DNA from: an uncultured Methanosarcinales archaeon
Lineage (GTDB): Archaea; Nanobdellota; Nanobdellia; Woesearchaeales; GW2011-AR15
DNA length: 64,000 bases
NCBI GenBank assembly: GCA_964428335.1
Contig: CAYRXW010000003.1
Location: forward strand, 150,368-214,367
Direction of reading: 5' to 3'
A program made the position numbers and the translations under genes. Positions 37,430 through 47,100 of the stretch are shown piece by piece. How positions within the stretch are numbered: the first letter of the stretch is position 1; each line of letters begins with the position of its first letter. The notes below the pieces were generated by a model. That model made no database searches. It was given only the letters and a program-made list of their open reading frames with translations, and was not told the origin of the DNA.

Positions 37430-38899
37430 CTACTTCATTCCACTGTCTCCATAACCCGAAAGTTCTCCAGGCTTAAGACAATATTTTGCCAATTGTTCAT
37501 ATGCACCAGGGACACAGAAGGCAGCATCTTTTACCATCTGCTCAGTGCATCCTGTCCTGGTAAGCATTAGGTCTGCAGCATCCTGTGCCAGCATTTTTCC
37601 TTTTTCCATTACAAATCCATAATATGTGCTTCCTGAATAATATTCAGGACCCCATTCTTTCAATGCTGTTGCATCAGATGGACAGCCATTATTATTTTGC
37701 TGTATATTATGTGCTATTTCATGCCTAAATAGCTTATTTTTTTCTTCATTGGAAATACTGTTTACAACACCTGTGCAATACACAGCAGCTGGAGAGCACA
37801 TATTAGATGCACCAACCCAGCAATATGCTCCTTTTGGAACACAATCAGGAACAACAGCTAAATCATATGTCCCACCCATCTCATTTTTTATCTGATAGAA
37901 TATTTTTTCAACGTCTCCATTTACCATCTCATAACCAATTTCAGGAGCAGTAGAACCTACTAATCCTCCTGAAGTGGAAAACTCACTTGAGTCTGAAGGA
38001 ATTGCCTCATTTAATCCCTGATGCACATCTTCTGTTGAAAGCATTGGAACTCCGGAAGGCAAAGGGGCTTCTTTTATAAGTCCGTAATTAGTTGAATAGT
38101 GAACATCTGCAGTAATATAGCCATCTTCCACAGAAGTATCAGAAAAATAATACCATTTTTCTGAAAATGGATTCTGCCATGCCAGCCTTATTTTTTCAAT
38201 GCCTAAAGAATCATGATAAATATTATCTACATACAGCTTTATCTGGATAGGATTCTCTGAAAAATATCCGATAGGGTAAATCCCATACACAAGATTCCCT
38301 TCAAGTCCCTCTCCGTTTACTTCCCTTTTATCAGACACTTTTATATAAATCTCTTTTGCAGGCTTTCCTTTTATATCTTTTAACTCAATTTCATCGCCAG
38401 ATTCAATAATCATATTTTTATCTTCTGAAAATACAGCATTTTCTAAGACCTCCTCAGGCTTAAACCTTGTAATCTTCTCAAAAGTCTGAGTATACCCCTG
38501 GAAAGTATAATCAAAACTTTTGTATTTAATTGAAACAGGATAATCAATTTTTACAATTGCATTAACTTCATTAATGTCAAGAGTGACAATTGCTCCTGCA
38601 TCCTTTACACTCATTCCTTTTTCCTTTAATTTTTCTAAGTACTCAAATGAACACTCTCTTATCTTCAGGGAAACATAATCCTGATATTCTTCTTTTATAG
38701 TTTCATGGATCCCAATCCTTGTGTTTGCGTCAAGGACAATAATCCTGCTGCATTCAGAGAAATATGATTCAAATTCCTTAACATCCAAAGACACGTCAAT
38801 ATCATTATCTTTTATTATTTTTTTCGGAAGCATTATGAATAAAACAAGCAGCAGGACAATACCAATTATTATGGAAATCGTTGCCTGGGACTTTTTCAT
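37430..38899 (-). CDS. Membrane-anchored secreted protein with HExxH zinc-metallopeptidase motif
   Basis: N-terminal signal anchor. KLFRHEIAHNIQQNN near the C-terminal third. Family not assignable by eye. Confidence 0.45.
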   Translation of the reverse strand: MKKSQATISIIIGIVLLLVLFIMLPKKIIKDNDIDVSLDVKEFESYFSECSRIIVLDANTRIGIHETIKEEYQDYVSLKIRECSFEYLEKLKEKGMSVKDAGAIVTLDINEVNAIVKIDYPVSIKYKSFDYTFQGYTQTFEKITRFKPEEVLENAVFSEDKNMIIESGDEIELKDIKGKPAKEIYIKVSDKREVNGEGLEGNLVYGIYPIGYFSENPIQIKLYVDNIYHDSLGIEKIRLAWQNPFSEKWYYFSDTSVEDGYITADVHYSTNYGLIKEAPLPSGVPMLSTEDVHQGLNEAIPSDSSEFSTSGGLVGSTAPEIGYEMVNGDVEKIFYQIKNEMGGTYDLAVVPDCVPKGAYCWVGASNMCSPAAVYCTGVVNSISNEEKNKLFRHEIAHNIQQNNNGCPSDATALKEWGPEYYSGSTYYGFVMEKGKMLAQDAADLMLTRTGCTEQMVKDAAFCVPGAYEQLAKYCLKPGELSGYGDSGMK

Positions 38900-38945
38900 C
38901 AGCTTTTTTTTAATTAGTAAGAATAAAAATGTTATGGTGCCTTCC

Positions 38946-38963
38946 TTAACATCGTTCTAGGGA
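38946..38963. repeat. Direct repeat copy (aacatcgttctagggaa) duplicating the 3' end of asnS
   Basis: 17/18-nt match to 39057..39074, which encodes the asnS C-terminus (PFPRTM). Confidence 0.45.
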
Positions 38964-39043
38964 ATGCTATCGCACAAGGCTTTTAAGAAAAGCCTTGAGG
39001 TAAAACATATTAAGGACTACCTCGCAATGCTCAGTAGTCCGAA

Positions 39044-40354
39044 TTACGGTGCTTTTCTAAGCATCGTTCTAGGGAAAGGAATTGCATCCTTGATATTCTC
39101 AAACCCGCAAATCCACCTTACAACCCTTTCAACCCCAAGACCATAGCCTGAATGAGGGACTGAGCCATATTTTCTCAGGTCAAGATACCAGTCATAATGC
39201 TCAGGTTTCTCACCTTGTAGTTTCAGGTATTTCTGTAGCTCTTTGATATCTGTATCCCTTTCACTTCCTCCTATTATCTCGCCATAGCCTTCAGGTGCAA
39301 GCATGTCAAAGCATAATGCAACATCATCATTCGCTTCACTTGGCTTTGGAAGCTTTCTTTTCTTATAGAATGCCATTATCTCTTTTGGGTATTCAGTCAC
39401 AACAATAGGCGTATCAAATAATTCCATGACCGTTTCTTCTTCTATAGTCCGTAAGTCTTTTCCCCATTCAACTTCCATCCCTTTCTTTTCTTTCAATAGC
39501 CTTAGAACTTCTGTATAAGTGACAGTAGGGATTTCTTTTTCAGCAGTTGCCTTTAATTTTGAAATATCCCTCTCAAGGATCTTCAGTTCCTTTTCATTGT
39601 TCTCAAGAACTTTTTTCACAATGAATTTTATCTCGTCTTTTGCAACCTGGGTGCACTCGTCAAGATGCATCCATGCAGATTCCATTTCAGCCATCCAGAA
39701 TTCTGCGAGGTGCCTTGAAGTCTTTGATTTTTCAGATCTGAATGTAGGACTCATGTTATAGATTTTTTCTAATGCGAAAACTCCTGCTTCAGCATAAAGC
39801 TGCCAGGACTGTGAAAGATAAACAGTATCCTCAAAAAACTTCACAGAAAATAATGTCGAACCTCCTTCGCAGGCATTAGGCTGGAAGATAGGTGCTTCAA
39901 ACTCATAATATCCTTTATTCCTGAAAAACTCGTGAATTGCGCCTGTAATAGTGCTCCTTATCTTAAGCATTGCAACCATCTTCCTGCTCCTAATCCATAA
40001 GTGTCTGTTATCCAGTAGATACTCAGTTGAGAAATCCTTAGTTATTGGGAAAGGTTCAGAGGAATGCACTATTTTAAGGTCATGAACATCAACCTCAAAT
40101 CCTGTAGGTGCCCTTTCATCCTTTTTTATAGTTCCTGAAAGCTCTAATGATGATTCCATCCCTAATTTTGATGCTGCTTCAAAAATCTCCTTTTTATCTT
40201 CCTTCACAACGCACTGTATTATGTCTGAACTGTCCCTAATGACAATAAAAACAAACTTATTGCTCATCCTTATCCTATAGACCCAGCCTCTTATAGAGAC
40301 TTCGCCTGAGCCTTTTTGCATTGCATCTGAAATTGAGATAAATTTTTGTTCCAT
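39044..40354 (-). CDS. asnS: Asparaginyl-tRNA synthetase (class IIb)
   Basis: N-terminal OB anticodon-binding domain. Motif 2 region TFRSEKSKTSRHLAEFWMAEME (compare E. coli AsnRS RHLAEFWM). Motif 3 GSERDTD... GLGVERVV. AspRS cannot be fully excluded. Confidence 0.75.
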   Translation of the reverse strand: MEQKFISISDAMQKGSGEVSIRGWVYRIRMSNKFVFIVIRDSSDIIQCVVKEDKKEIFEAASKLGMESSLELSGTIKKDERAPTGFEVDVHDLKIVHSSEPFPITKDFSTEYLLDNRHLWIRSRKMVAMLKIRSTITGAIHEFFRNKGYYEFEAPIFQPNACEGGSTLFSVKFFEDTVYLSQSWQLYAEAGVFALEKIYNMSPTFRSEKSKTSRHLAEFWMAEMESAWMHLDECTQVAKDEIKFIVKKVLENNEKELKILERDISKLKATAEKEIPTVTYTEVLRLLKEKKGMEVEWGKDLRTIEEETVMELFDTPIVVTEYPKEIMAFYKKRKLPKPSEANDDVALCFDMLAPEGYGEIIGGSERDTDIKELQKYLKLQGEKPEHYDWYLDLRKYGSVPHSGYGLGVERVVRWICGFENIKDAIPFPRTMLRKAP

Positions 40355-40421
40355 ACCTTACAGGATAAATTATGATTTTATAAAATTGGCGAAATATATA
40401 TATAACCCGCATCCATAATCC

Positions 40422-40931
40422 TTGAATATGAAAAAGAGGGGACAGTTTTCAGTAGAATATATTATGATAATCACAATCTCCCTTCTTATACTTTTACCTG
40501 GAATCTATATTTTCAGAAACTATGCATTTGAATCAAATGACAGGTTGATGGAAACCAGGCTAGATGAGGTTGCAAATTCAATACTTTTGAGGGCAAAAAA
40601 AATGCATTACTTTGGCCCGCCATCCAAATCAGTTGTTGAAGTGGAGATGCCTTCCGGTATAAGCAGCATGTATGTCTATAATGAAGGGACAGAGTATTTT
40701 TTGGGTTTTTTAGTTCTCACTTCTTCAGGAGAGAAAGAATTTCTTTTTGATTCTGATATACCCATACGTGTGGATTCCCCAGTAGCCTGCAAAAACCCAT
40801 GCAGTTCCTGCTCGTGTTTCCCTGAAAATGCGTATGGTGAAGGGCTAAAAAACATCAAAGTTGAATCAGCAAAAGACACCATGTTTTATGTCAGGATAAA
40901 AGAGGATTCAGAGGCAGTTGCAAATGGCTAA
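40422..40931 (+). CDS. Archaeal type IV pilin-like protein (class III signal peptide)
   Basis: MNMKKRGQFSVEYIMIITISLLILLPGIYIF matches the KRGQ-x-S-x-EY class III signal peptide consensus. Confidence 0.6.
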   Translation: MNMKKRGQFSVEYIMIITISLLILLPGIYIFRNYAFESNDRLMETRLDEVANSILLRAKKMHYFGPPSKSVVEVEMPSGISSMYVYNEGTEYFLGFLVLTSSGEKEFLFDSDIPIRVDSPVACKNPCSSCSCFPENAYGEGLKNIKVESAKDTMFYVRIKEDSEAVANG

Positions 40932-41409
40932 GGCCCAGATAATCAGCATGGATTTCATCATGGCTTTCATAATCTTCATGGGGGCGATATCTATTTTTTT
41001 TTATTCATACCAAAGCAATATCAGGTCTTCAAACTTTAAAATAGATCCGAAAGCAACTTTCTCTAAGCTTACAAACATGGAGAATTCTTTTCTTTCAGGA
41101 GCAAAACTTGTCAATTTTGATGAATACATAACAGAATATGAGCCGTTAACACTTCATGAAATATTAAAAGGCACAGAGAATGCAAACTACTGCATCTATC
41201 TTCAGAATGGCACGAAAATACTGAGAAATTTTGAAGCTGTTGATAGTGACAATAATATTTTTTTTGGAGCGAAAAAATGCGGGGAAGTCAGGTTTACACC
41301 AACTTTAGAAGAGCCTATATGCAGGGGAAAAGAGGCAATCATTATCACAAAACCAGTTGTTTTTAACGGTGGGATAATGTCTCTGAATGTGCTTGCATGT
41401 GAAAAATGA
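40918..41409 (+). CDS. Pilin-like protein
   Basis: MQMAKAQIISMDFIMAFIIFMGAISIFF has a short leader and an acidic residue early in a hydrophobic helix. Overlaps the upstream gene. Confidence 0.45.
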   Translation: MQMAKAQIISMDFIMAFIIFMGAISIFFYSYQSNIRSSNFKIDPKATFSKLTNMENSFLSGAKLVNFDEYITEYEPLTLHEILKGTENANYCIYLQNGTKILRNFEAVDSDNNIFFGAKKCGEVRFTPTLEEPICRGKEAIIITKPVVFNGGIMSLNVLACEK

Positions 41410-41921
41410 AAAAAGGATATTTTTTCTTAATTGATGGGATATTTGCAATAGTCATACTTGTAATAGGCTTTTTGCTTGTATCAACAGAAAAGCCATATAA
41501 AGAGCAGACAATGCCAGTAGAATTCTCAGCGGACAATTTCATAGACATATTATCAACAGTCAAGCTTAGTGACATCTGTGAAAATTCAGTGTGCACAAAC
41601 AAGAAAATAGAACAATATATTGGACAGACAAATAATCGTGAACAGACTATTATTGATTTTCTCGGGGAGTTATATTCAGCAGGGAAAAAAAATGAAGCAA
41701 AGATCATTTTCACAAACTTAACATACATAGTCAGAAACGACATATATGGTGTTTCCCTCTCCATAAATAATGAAGAACTCTATTCCGACGCCGGAAAAAT
41801 CCAAAGCAGAGAATTAATAGCATCCAAAAAGATGGTTTTTGGCTTTGCAGAAAACCAGGCAAATGGGAAAGTAAGATACTGGGGACCATATCTTGCAGAG
41901 GTCATGATATGGGAAAAATGA
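41406..41921 (+). CDS. Pilin-like protein
   Basis: MKKG/YFFLIDGIFAIVILVIGFLLV. ATGA overlap with the upstream gene. Confidence 0.5.
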   Translation: MKKGYFFLIDGIFAIVILVIGFLLVSTEKPYKEQTMPVEFSADNFIDILSTVKLSDICENSVCTNKKIEQYIGQTNNREQTIIDFLGELYSAGKKNEAKIIFTNLTYIVRNDIYGVSLSINNEELYSDAGKIQSRELIASKKMVFGFAENQANGKVRYWGPYLAEVMIWEK

Positions 41922-42727
41922 TCCTTTCAAACAATGGGAAATTAAGAAAAAGAGCAATCTTCTTTTCCATAATGAGCATGTTCATCATTATCCTATTTGT
42001 TTCACTCTCTACGATATTATCAAAATTCAGGGTTGAGGAAACAGAACTTGACATAACAAGGGATAGGGTCAGCGTATTAAATTCGGTTGTAAGCGACATG
42101 GAAGAGGTTTATTTTGAAAAAATGGTATATGTGGCTGCAAAAAACTCTTTAATAGGGCTTTCAAAATACTATCACGAAAACCAATACGGAAGCAGGGTAA
42201 AGAGGACCGCAGAGGCAAATATGAGAACGCTTCTTTATGAAGGGATATTGGTTGAGCCAAACGGTGAAAAAATCAACCTTACAGTGCTTAGATTTAATGA
42301 TGACAACCAGCCTTATATCAACAGAAGCTATACAATAAAAGGGCTGAAGGAAGGGGTTGTTTTAATGTTTAATGACCTTGGTGTAAATGTGAACGAGTTC
42401 TCCATAAACATCTCAACAGGAAATATGGACCAGATTGACCCATGGACAATGCAGATAAAAGCAGACATCTACTATGATTTTGAAGATAAGACAAAAATTG
42501 TATCATGGTCAGGATTTACTGAAAAAACAGTAAAAGTGCCAATATATGGGATGTATTCATATGATCTTCAGAATGGAAAAGGAAACTTTGAAATCATTAC
42601 AAGAAACTGGAAAGAAGACAAATTCACAAAGACAGAGCCATCTGTACTTTCAAAATTGAGCAATTACAATAATCCAAAGCAAAACGGGATATGTTCGCCA
42701 AGCGCAACATGTGATGCAAATGTCTAA
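41909..42727 (+). CDS. Membrane-anchored hypothetical protein of pilin operon
   Basis: N-terminal TM AIFFSIMSMFIIILFVSLSTIL. Overlapping starts and stops with neighbours. Confidence 0.4.
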   Translation: MGKMILSNNGKLRKRAIFFSIMSMFIIILFVSLSTILSKFRVEETELDITRDRVSVLNSVVSDMEEVYFEKMVYVAAKNSLIGLSKYYHENQYGSRVKRTAEANMRTLLYEGILVEPNGEKINLTVLRFNDDNQPYINRSYTIKGLKEGVVLMFNDLGVNVNEFSINISTGNMDQIDPWTMQIKADIYYDFEDKTKIVSWSGFTEKTVKVPIYGMYSYDLQNGKGNFEIITRNWKEDKFTKTEPSVLSKLSNYNNPKQNGICSPSATCDANV

Positions 42728-43613
42728 GTCACAGGTTTCCTTTGAATTTATAATGATCTTTGTACTTGTGCTTTTTGCATTATCAGGGTTTATCTATATA
42801 ATAAACCAGAGAATTTTTGAACTAAGCAAAAAACAGGAAAATCTTGTTTTAGTGCATCTTTCAAACAGCATAATAAACGAGGCAATAATAGCATCAAGCG
42901 CCAACAACAATTATGTAAGGAAGTTTGATATCCCGCAAAAATTGTTCGGAAAAGATTATAGGATGAGCATTGAAAACTCAGAGCTTTCTATAGTTGTACT
43001 GGAGAATAACCAGACCTATCTAGAGCATCTGGCAGTTTTTCCAATCCCTGTAAAAGGTAGCTTCATACAGCAGATAACAGAGAACACGACAGAGCACTGC
43101 GTCTCAAGAAGCACAGACGGCATAAGATTTTCAAGGACACAGGCAAGCATCGACCCGAATGTCACAAATCCAGGACTAGGAGATGTATTTGACGTTTTCA
43201 TAAGCCTTCACTGCGTGACAGATGTCGCTAGCGCAAGATTCACGATAAAATATGATCCAGAAGCGCTTGAGCTTATGGATATGGAAGCAGTTCCAGTGAT
43301 ATTTCAAAAACAGGAATTTCGGAAAAAAAATCCTCTGTTCGAAAACGTCCTTACTGAATTTCCTATAAATGATCCGGAACTAATAAATGAAGATATTGCA
43401 AGATTCACGTTTGGCTACATCGGGACAACATGCGAATCAGGTTCAGGAAACTTTGCTAGGATGAAATTCAGGGCATTAAAGGCAGGGGAAACAGAGATAA
43501 AATTTGATGAGGATGTAAACGAATACATAAACATCCTTGACTGCAACACTAATCCAACAACAGAATTCGCACTGCCTGATTCAAGGAACAATGCCAGGAT
43601 TGTTATAGAGTAG
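42711..43613 (+). CDS. Pilin-like (class III signal peptide) protein with C-terminal cohesin-like domain
   Basis: N-terminus MSKSQVSFEFIMIFVLVLFAL (SQ-x-S-x-EF). C-terminal ~140 aa (nt ~43160-43580) carry ARFTIKYDPEALELMDMEAVPVIF and GNFARMKFRALKAGETEIKF, which align with cohesin blocks (a.F.h.YDP..L.v ... G.fA.i.Fkv...G). Confidence 0.5.
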   Translation: MMQMSKSQVSFEFIMIFVLVLFALSGFIYIINQRIFELSKKQENLVLVHLSNSIINEAIIASSANNNYVRKFDIPQKLFGKDYRMSIENSELSIVVLENNQTYLEHLAVFPIPVKGSFIQQITENTTEHCVSRSTDGIRFSRTQASIDPNVTNPGLGDVFDVFISLHCVTDVASARFTIKYDPEALELMDMEAVPVIFQKQEFRKKNPLFENVLTEFPINDPELINEDIARFTFGYIGTTCESGSGNFARMKFRALKAGETEIKFDEDVNEYINILDCNTNPTTEFALPDSRNNARIVIE

Positions 43614-43668
43614 AAAAGTTTATATAGCAGTAAACCGGTAAGAAAACCAAGGAAAAGAGGGGTTTTTA

Positions 43669-44151
43669 ATGAAAAAAGCACTAATCTTAATGGTAACACT
43701 TATAATATTTCTAAGCGCATGCACAATAAAAAAAGAAGAAAATGGATGTTTTGCTTTGTCTGGGGAAGATAGGGCAAAATGTTTTTCTGCTCAAGCTGCA
43801 GAAACTTTAAATATAGAATTTTGTGAAAACCTCCAAGAACAGGAGCTAAAAAAAGAATGCATTGAAGGGAGCATTAATGCAAGATTATCTCCAGAGGATT
43901 GTTCAATGCTTGATGAAACAGGCGACGTTGATTTTTGTGTGTACACAGTAGCGAAGAAAACAAAGGATATGGGTGTCTGTGAAAAAATAAGTGCCCTGAT
44001 TACGAAGGACAGTTGTTATCTTGATATGGTTAGTATCTATGGATTAGATGCATGCAAAAGCATTACAGGTTCTGGCTTAAAGGAACTATGTGAAAAAACT
44101 GCTAACAAAGAAGAAAATATTAACCTTGATGGTGTAAACGTTGTCAATTAA
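43669..44151 (+). CDS. Cys-rich lipoprotein-like protein
   Basis: Signal peptide with lipobox-like LSAC. Repeated C-x(n)-C modules. Confidence 0.45.
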   Translation: MKKALILMVTLIIFLSACTIKKEENGCFALSGEDRAKCFSAQAAETLNIEFCENLQEQELKKECIEGSINARLSPEDCSMLDETGDVDFCVYTVAKKTKDMGVCEKISALITKDSCYLDMVSIYGLDACKSITGSGLKELCEKTANKEENINLDGVNVVN

Positions 44152-47100
44152 AATGAAAAACAACCTAAAGCGAACTTTATTTGTTTTTTTCGGATTAATT
44201 TTATTAACTTTTTTTGCAAAATTAACTCTTGCTATTTGTTGGGGTGTTGAGTGTCCACCAGGCAGTCCAGGATGTAAAGATGACTGGTGCGATGATTTGT
44301 ATGATGCTGAATGTGTTGCATGTGATGATCCTGCAGAAGAGAATCAAGATCCACCTTGCGAACCTTCATGTGGTTCCAATGAATGCGGTGGAAACGGTTG
44401 CGGGGGATCATGTGGATCGTGTGATGCTGAACCATACACAACAGGTTGTACAAACGGAGCATGTATGTTCCAGCCAGCAACTCTAACAGCAAGTTCAAAC
44501 ACACCTTGCATAGATGAGACTGCAGCATCAAAAAAAATAATAGTAACTGGGACAAGCGGATACTGCGGGGATGTTTCTATAAAATTGCCATGGAATGCAA
44601 ACTTAGTACCTGTTGAAACAACAAAAACTTTCGAGACTTATAATTTTCAAAAAGAAATAACAATACCAGACGATGTTGCTTTAGCAAACACTCCTTTTGT
44701 AGTTGAAGTATGGGGGAACAGGGAAGCAAAGGACTCATCAAAAGATGAAGTTGATTATGTGCCTGTGTGTTATAAGGAGATTCTTGTTGAACTTAACTAC
44801 CTTAATTTTTTCTATTGCCCAGATTCTGAAAATTTGCAGATAGCAGCAGATGGCAGGTTTGATTACTACAATGAAACAGCACAATATATTTTTGATTCAT
44901 TTACTTATGTGAAATGGGATGAATGCGTAAGCAGCTTAACAGTCACAGCATGCTCCCCAAACCCAACAGACTGCGTTGATAATTCAGGAACTTCAAAAAG
45001 CCAGAACAGCGTTTTCAACGGTGATACTGATTCAGAGACAGAGGTCTGCTGGTCAAAAGAAGGCATACAGGGTGCCTGGACAGATGCTGATATCAGCCCT
45101 AATGTATGTGCAAAAATAACAGGGGCAGACTGGTATGACTGCAATCCTTCAGCAGAATGTGATAATGGTGTTGATGATGTAACTGGTACAAACAACCTGG
45201 ACATTGACGGACTTTGCTGTGGCGATGACAACAGTGAAAACAACCTTCAGACAAAGGTCAAATATGCAGGAAATACGGCTTTTATTCCAAACATTAATTA
45301 CAATGCATGTTGCGATGATGGGTTTACCTGTGCAACAGAATACGGAAGCTGCATAAGAAGCGGAGATACTTATTGTTTAGAAATAGAAAACTACAGGGCT
45401 ACATGCAAGGCTGAAGGTCATATAGAAATCAGCCAGGATACAAGATGCAAGTCAGACTGTCAAATATGCAACATAAATGATGAAGAACAGTCTTTTGGGG
45501 TAATAGATGATATTGATCTAAATGCAATAAATTCTTTTATTGAGAATTCACCAGGAGATTATGATCCTTTGTATGACACTAACAGGGATAATAATGTAAA
45601 TGAAGATGACATATTGTTCTGCAGGTCAATGTATGGTGAAGCATGTGTTACATGCTTAAGATTAGCTGAAGAAGGAAGAGATGTGTGCGCAGAAACAGAT
45701 GACGGAATCGTGTTTGGGCAAAACAAGCCTTTCAGATGCTCACCAAACGAAAACAATTTCACTGTTGAATTAAGAAATGATGATTACTGCGGTGAAGTCT
45801 GCGACTATACTTTTGAGAAAGCAGCATGCGATGTAAACAAGTGCGGTGGCTGCGCAGTAGATAGTGACTGTGGTTCTGACCAGTATTGTGATGTATCAAG
45901 ATGCTCATGCGAGCCAAGGATGTGCAATGACGATATATGTTCAGACTTTGACTGTAGTGTCTGTGGAGGAACAGGAGACTGTGGAACATGCCCTCCACCA
46001 TGCACTAAAACAGAAAACAATGAATATACCTTGGATGACAACAAAGATAATGATTGTGATGGTTTGGTTGATGAACCAATCTTCGAAGAAGAAGGGACGT
46101 ATATTTGGGAATCTTCCTGTAACTATTATGTATGTGAATTTACAGATTCAGTAAAAAAGAAGAAAGCAGAAGTCACTTTGAAAGGAAGTGTTAGTGCAGC
46201 TACAAAAGTTTTGAGTGAACTTGATGATGTAGTAGCAAGAACAGCAATAAAGACTTCTTTTGTTTCTCATTTAAACAATTCAGATAATATAGACTGCATG
46301 CTTTTCAAATCAGGAGAAGTACTTGAATATTTTGTAAACTTTTCAGGCAGTACAAATACAGCACAGATATTTTTAGGAGACACATTAAGAAACCCAATAT
46401 CAAATCCTTTCAGTTATGCTTCACCTTCCTGTGCACTAGGTTGTTCATCACCTGGAAATTGCCAGAGGCTGAGCTGTGATCCTGCAGAATGCCTGTTTGA
46501 TTGCGGAGGATATTTTGTTGACACTTCAACAGATTATTGTGCAGCATGCCAGGAATCTACTGTATGCTCAAATTATACAGACAGATATTCATGCTATTAT
46601 GATCCATGTTCAGGGGCAATGACAAACAAAGGATGCTCTTGGAATGAGACCAACAAGCAATGCTCAGACTCTTTTAACTATTGCCCTCCAGGCACTGCTC
46701 TTTGCACAGATGGAAGCTGCAGCGTTAATTGCAAAGACAGCGAGTTTCAGGGATGTGTCCAGAGTGTTATAGACTATTCAAAAATAAAAGACAAGGCAGG
46801 AACAAATAACGGAAAAGTTGTCGGTTCTGAGATATACGAAGATGGAAGGATCAACGAAGGCTTTGAATTTGATGGAAATGATTTCATCAGTGTTCCAGAT
46901 AAAGCCATATTTGACCTTGATTATTTCACAATATCTTTTTATGTCAACCCTTCAGATGTAGATATAAAAAACGAATATGTAAGTAAAAGACTATCATGCG
47001 GAAACAGCAACTATTTTGACATATGGGGGAATGACAGCATATATCTTGAGGTGAACAAAGGCTCAAGGGCATATGTTGTAAAGACTTCCAGAGTGAAGGA

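Noticed and set aside
38964-39146. 60-aa plus-strand ORF spanning the asnS 3' end and intergenic hairpins
   Set aside because: It overlaps the asnS C-terminus on the opposite strand and the terminator-like hairpins. No coding signal.
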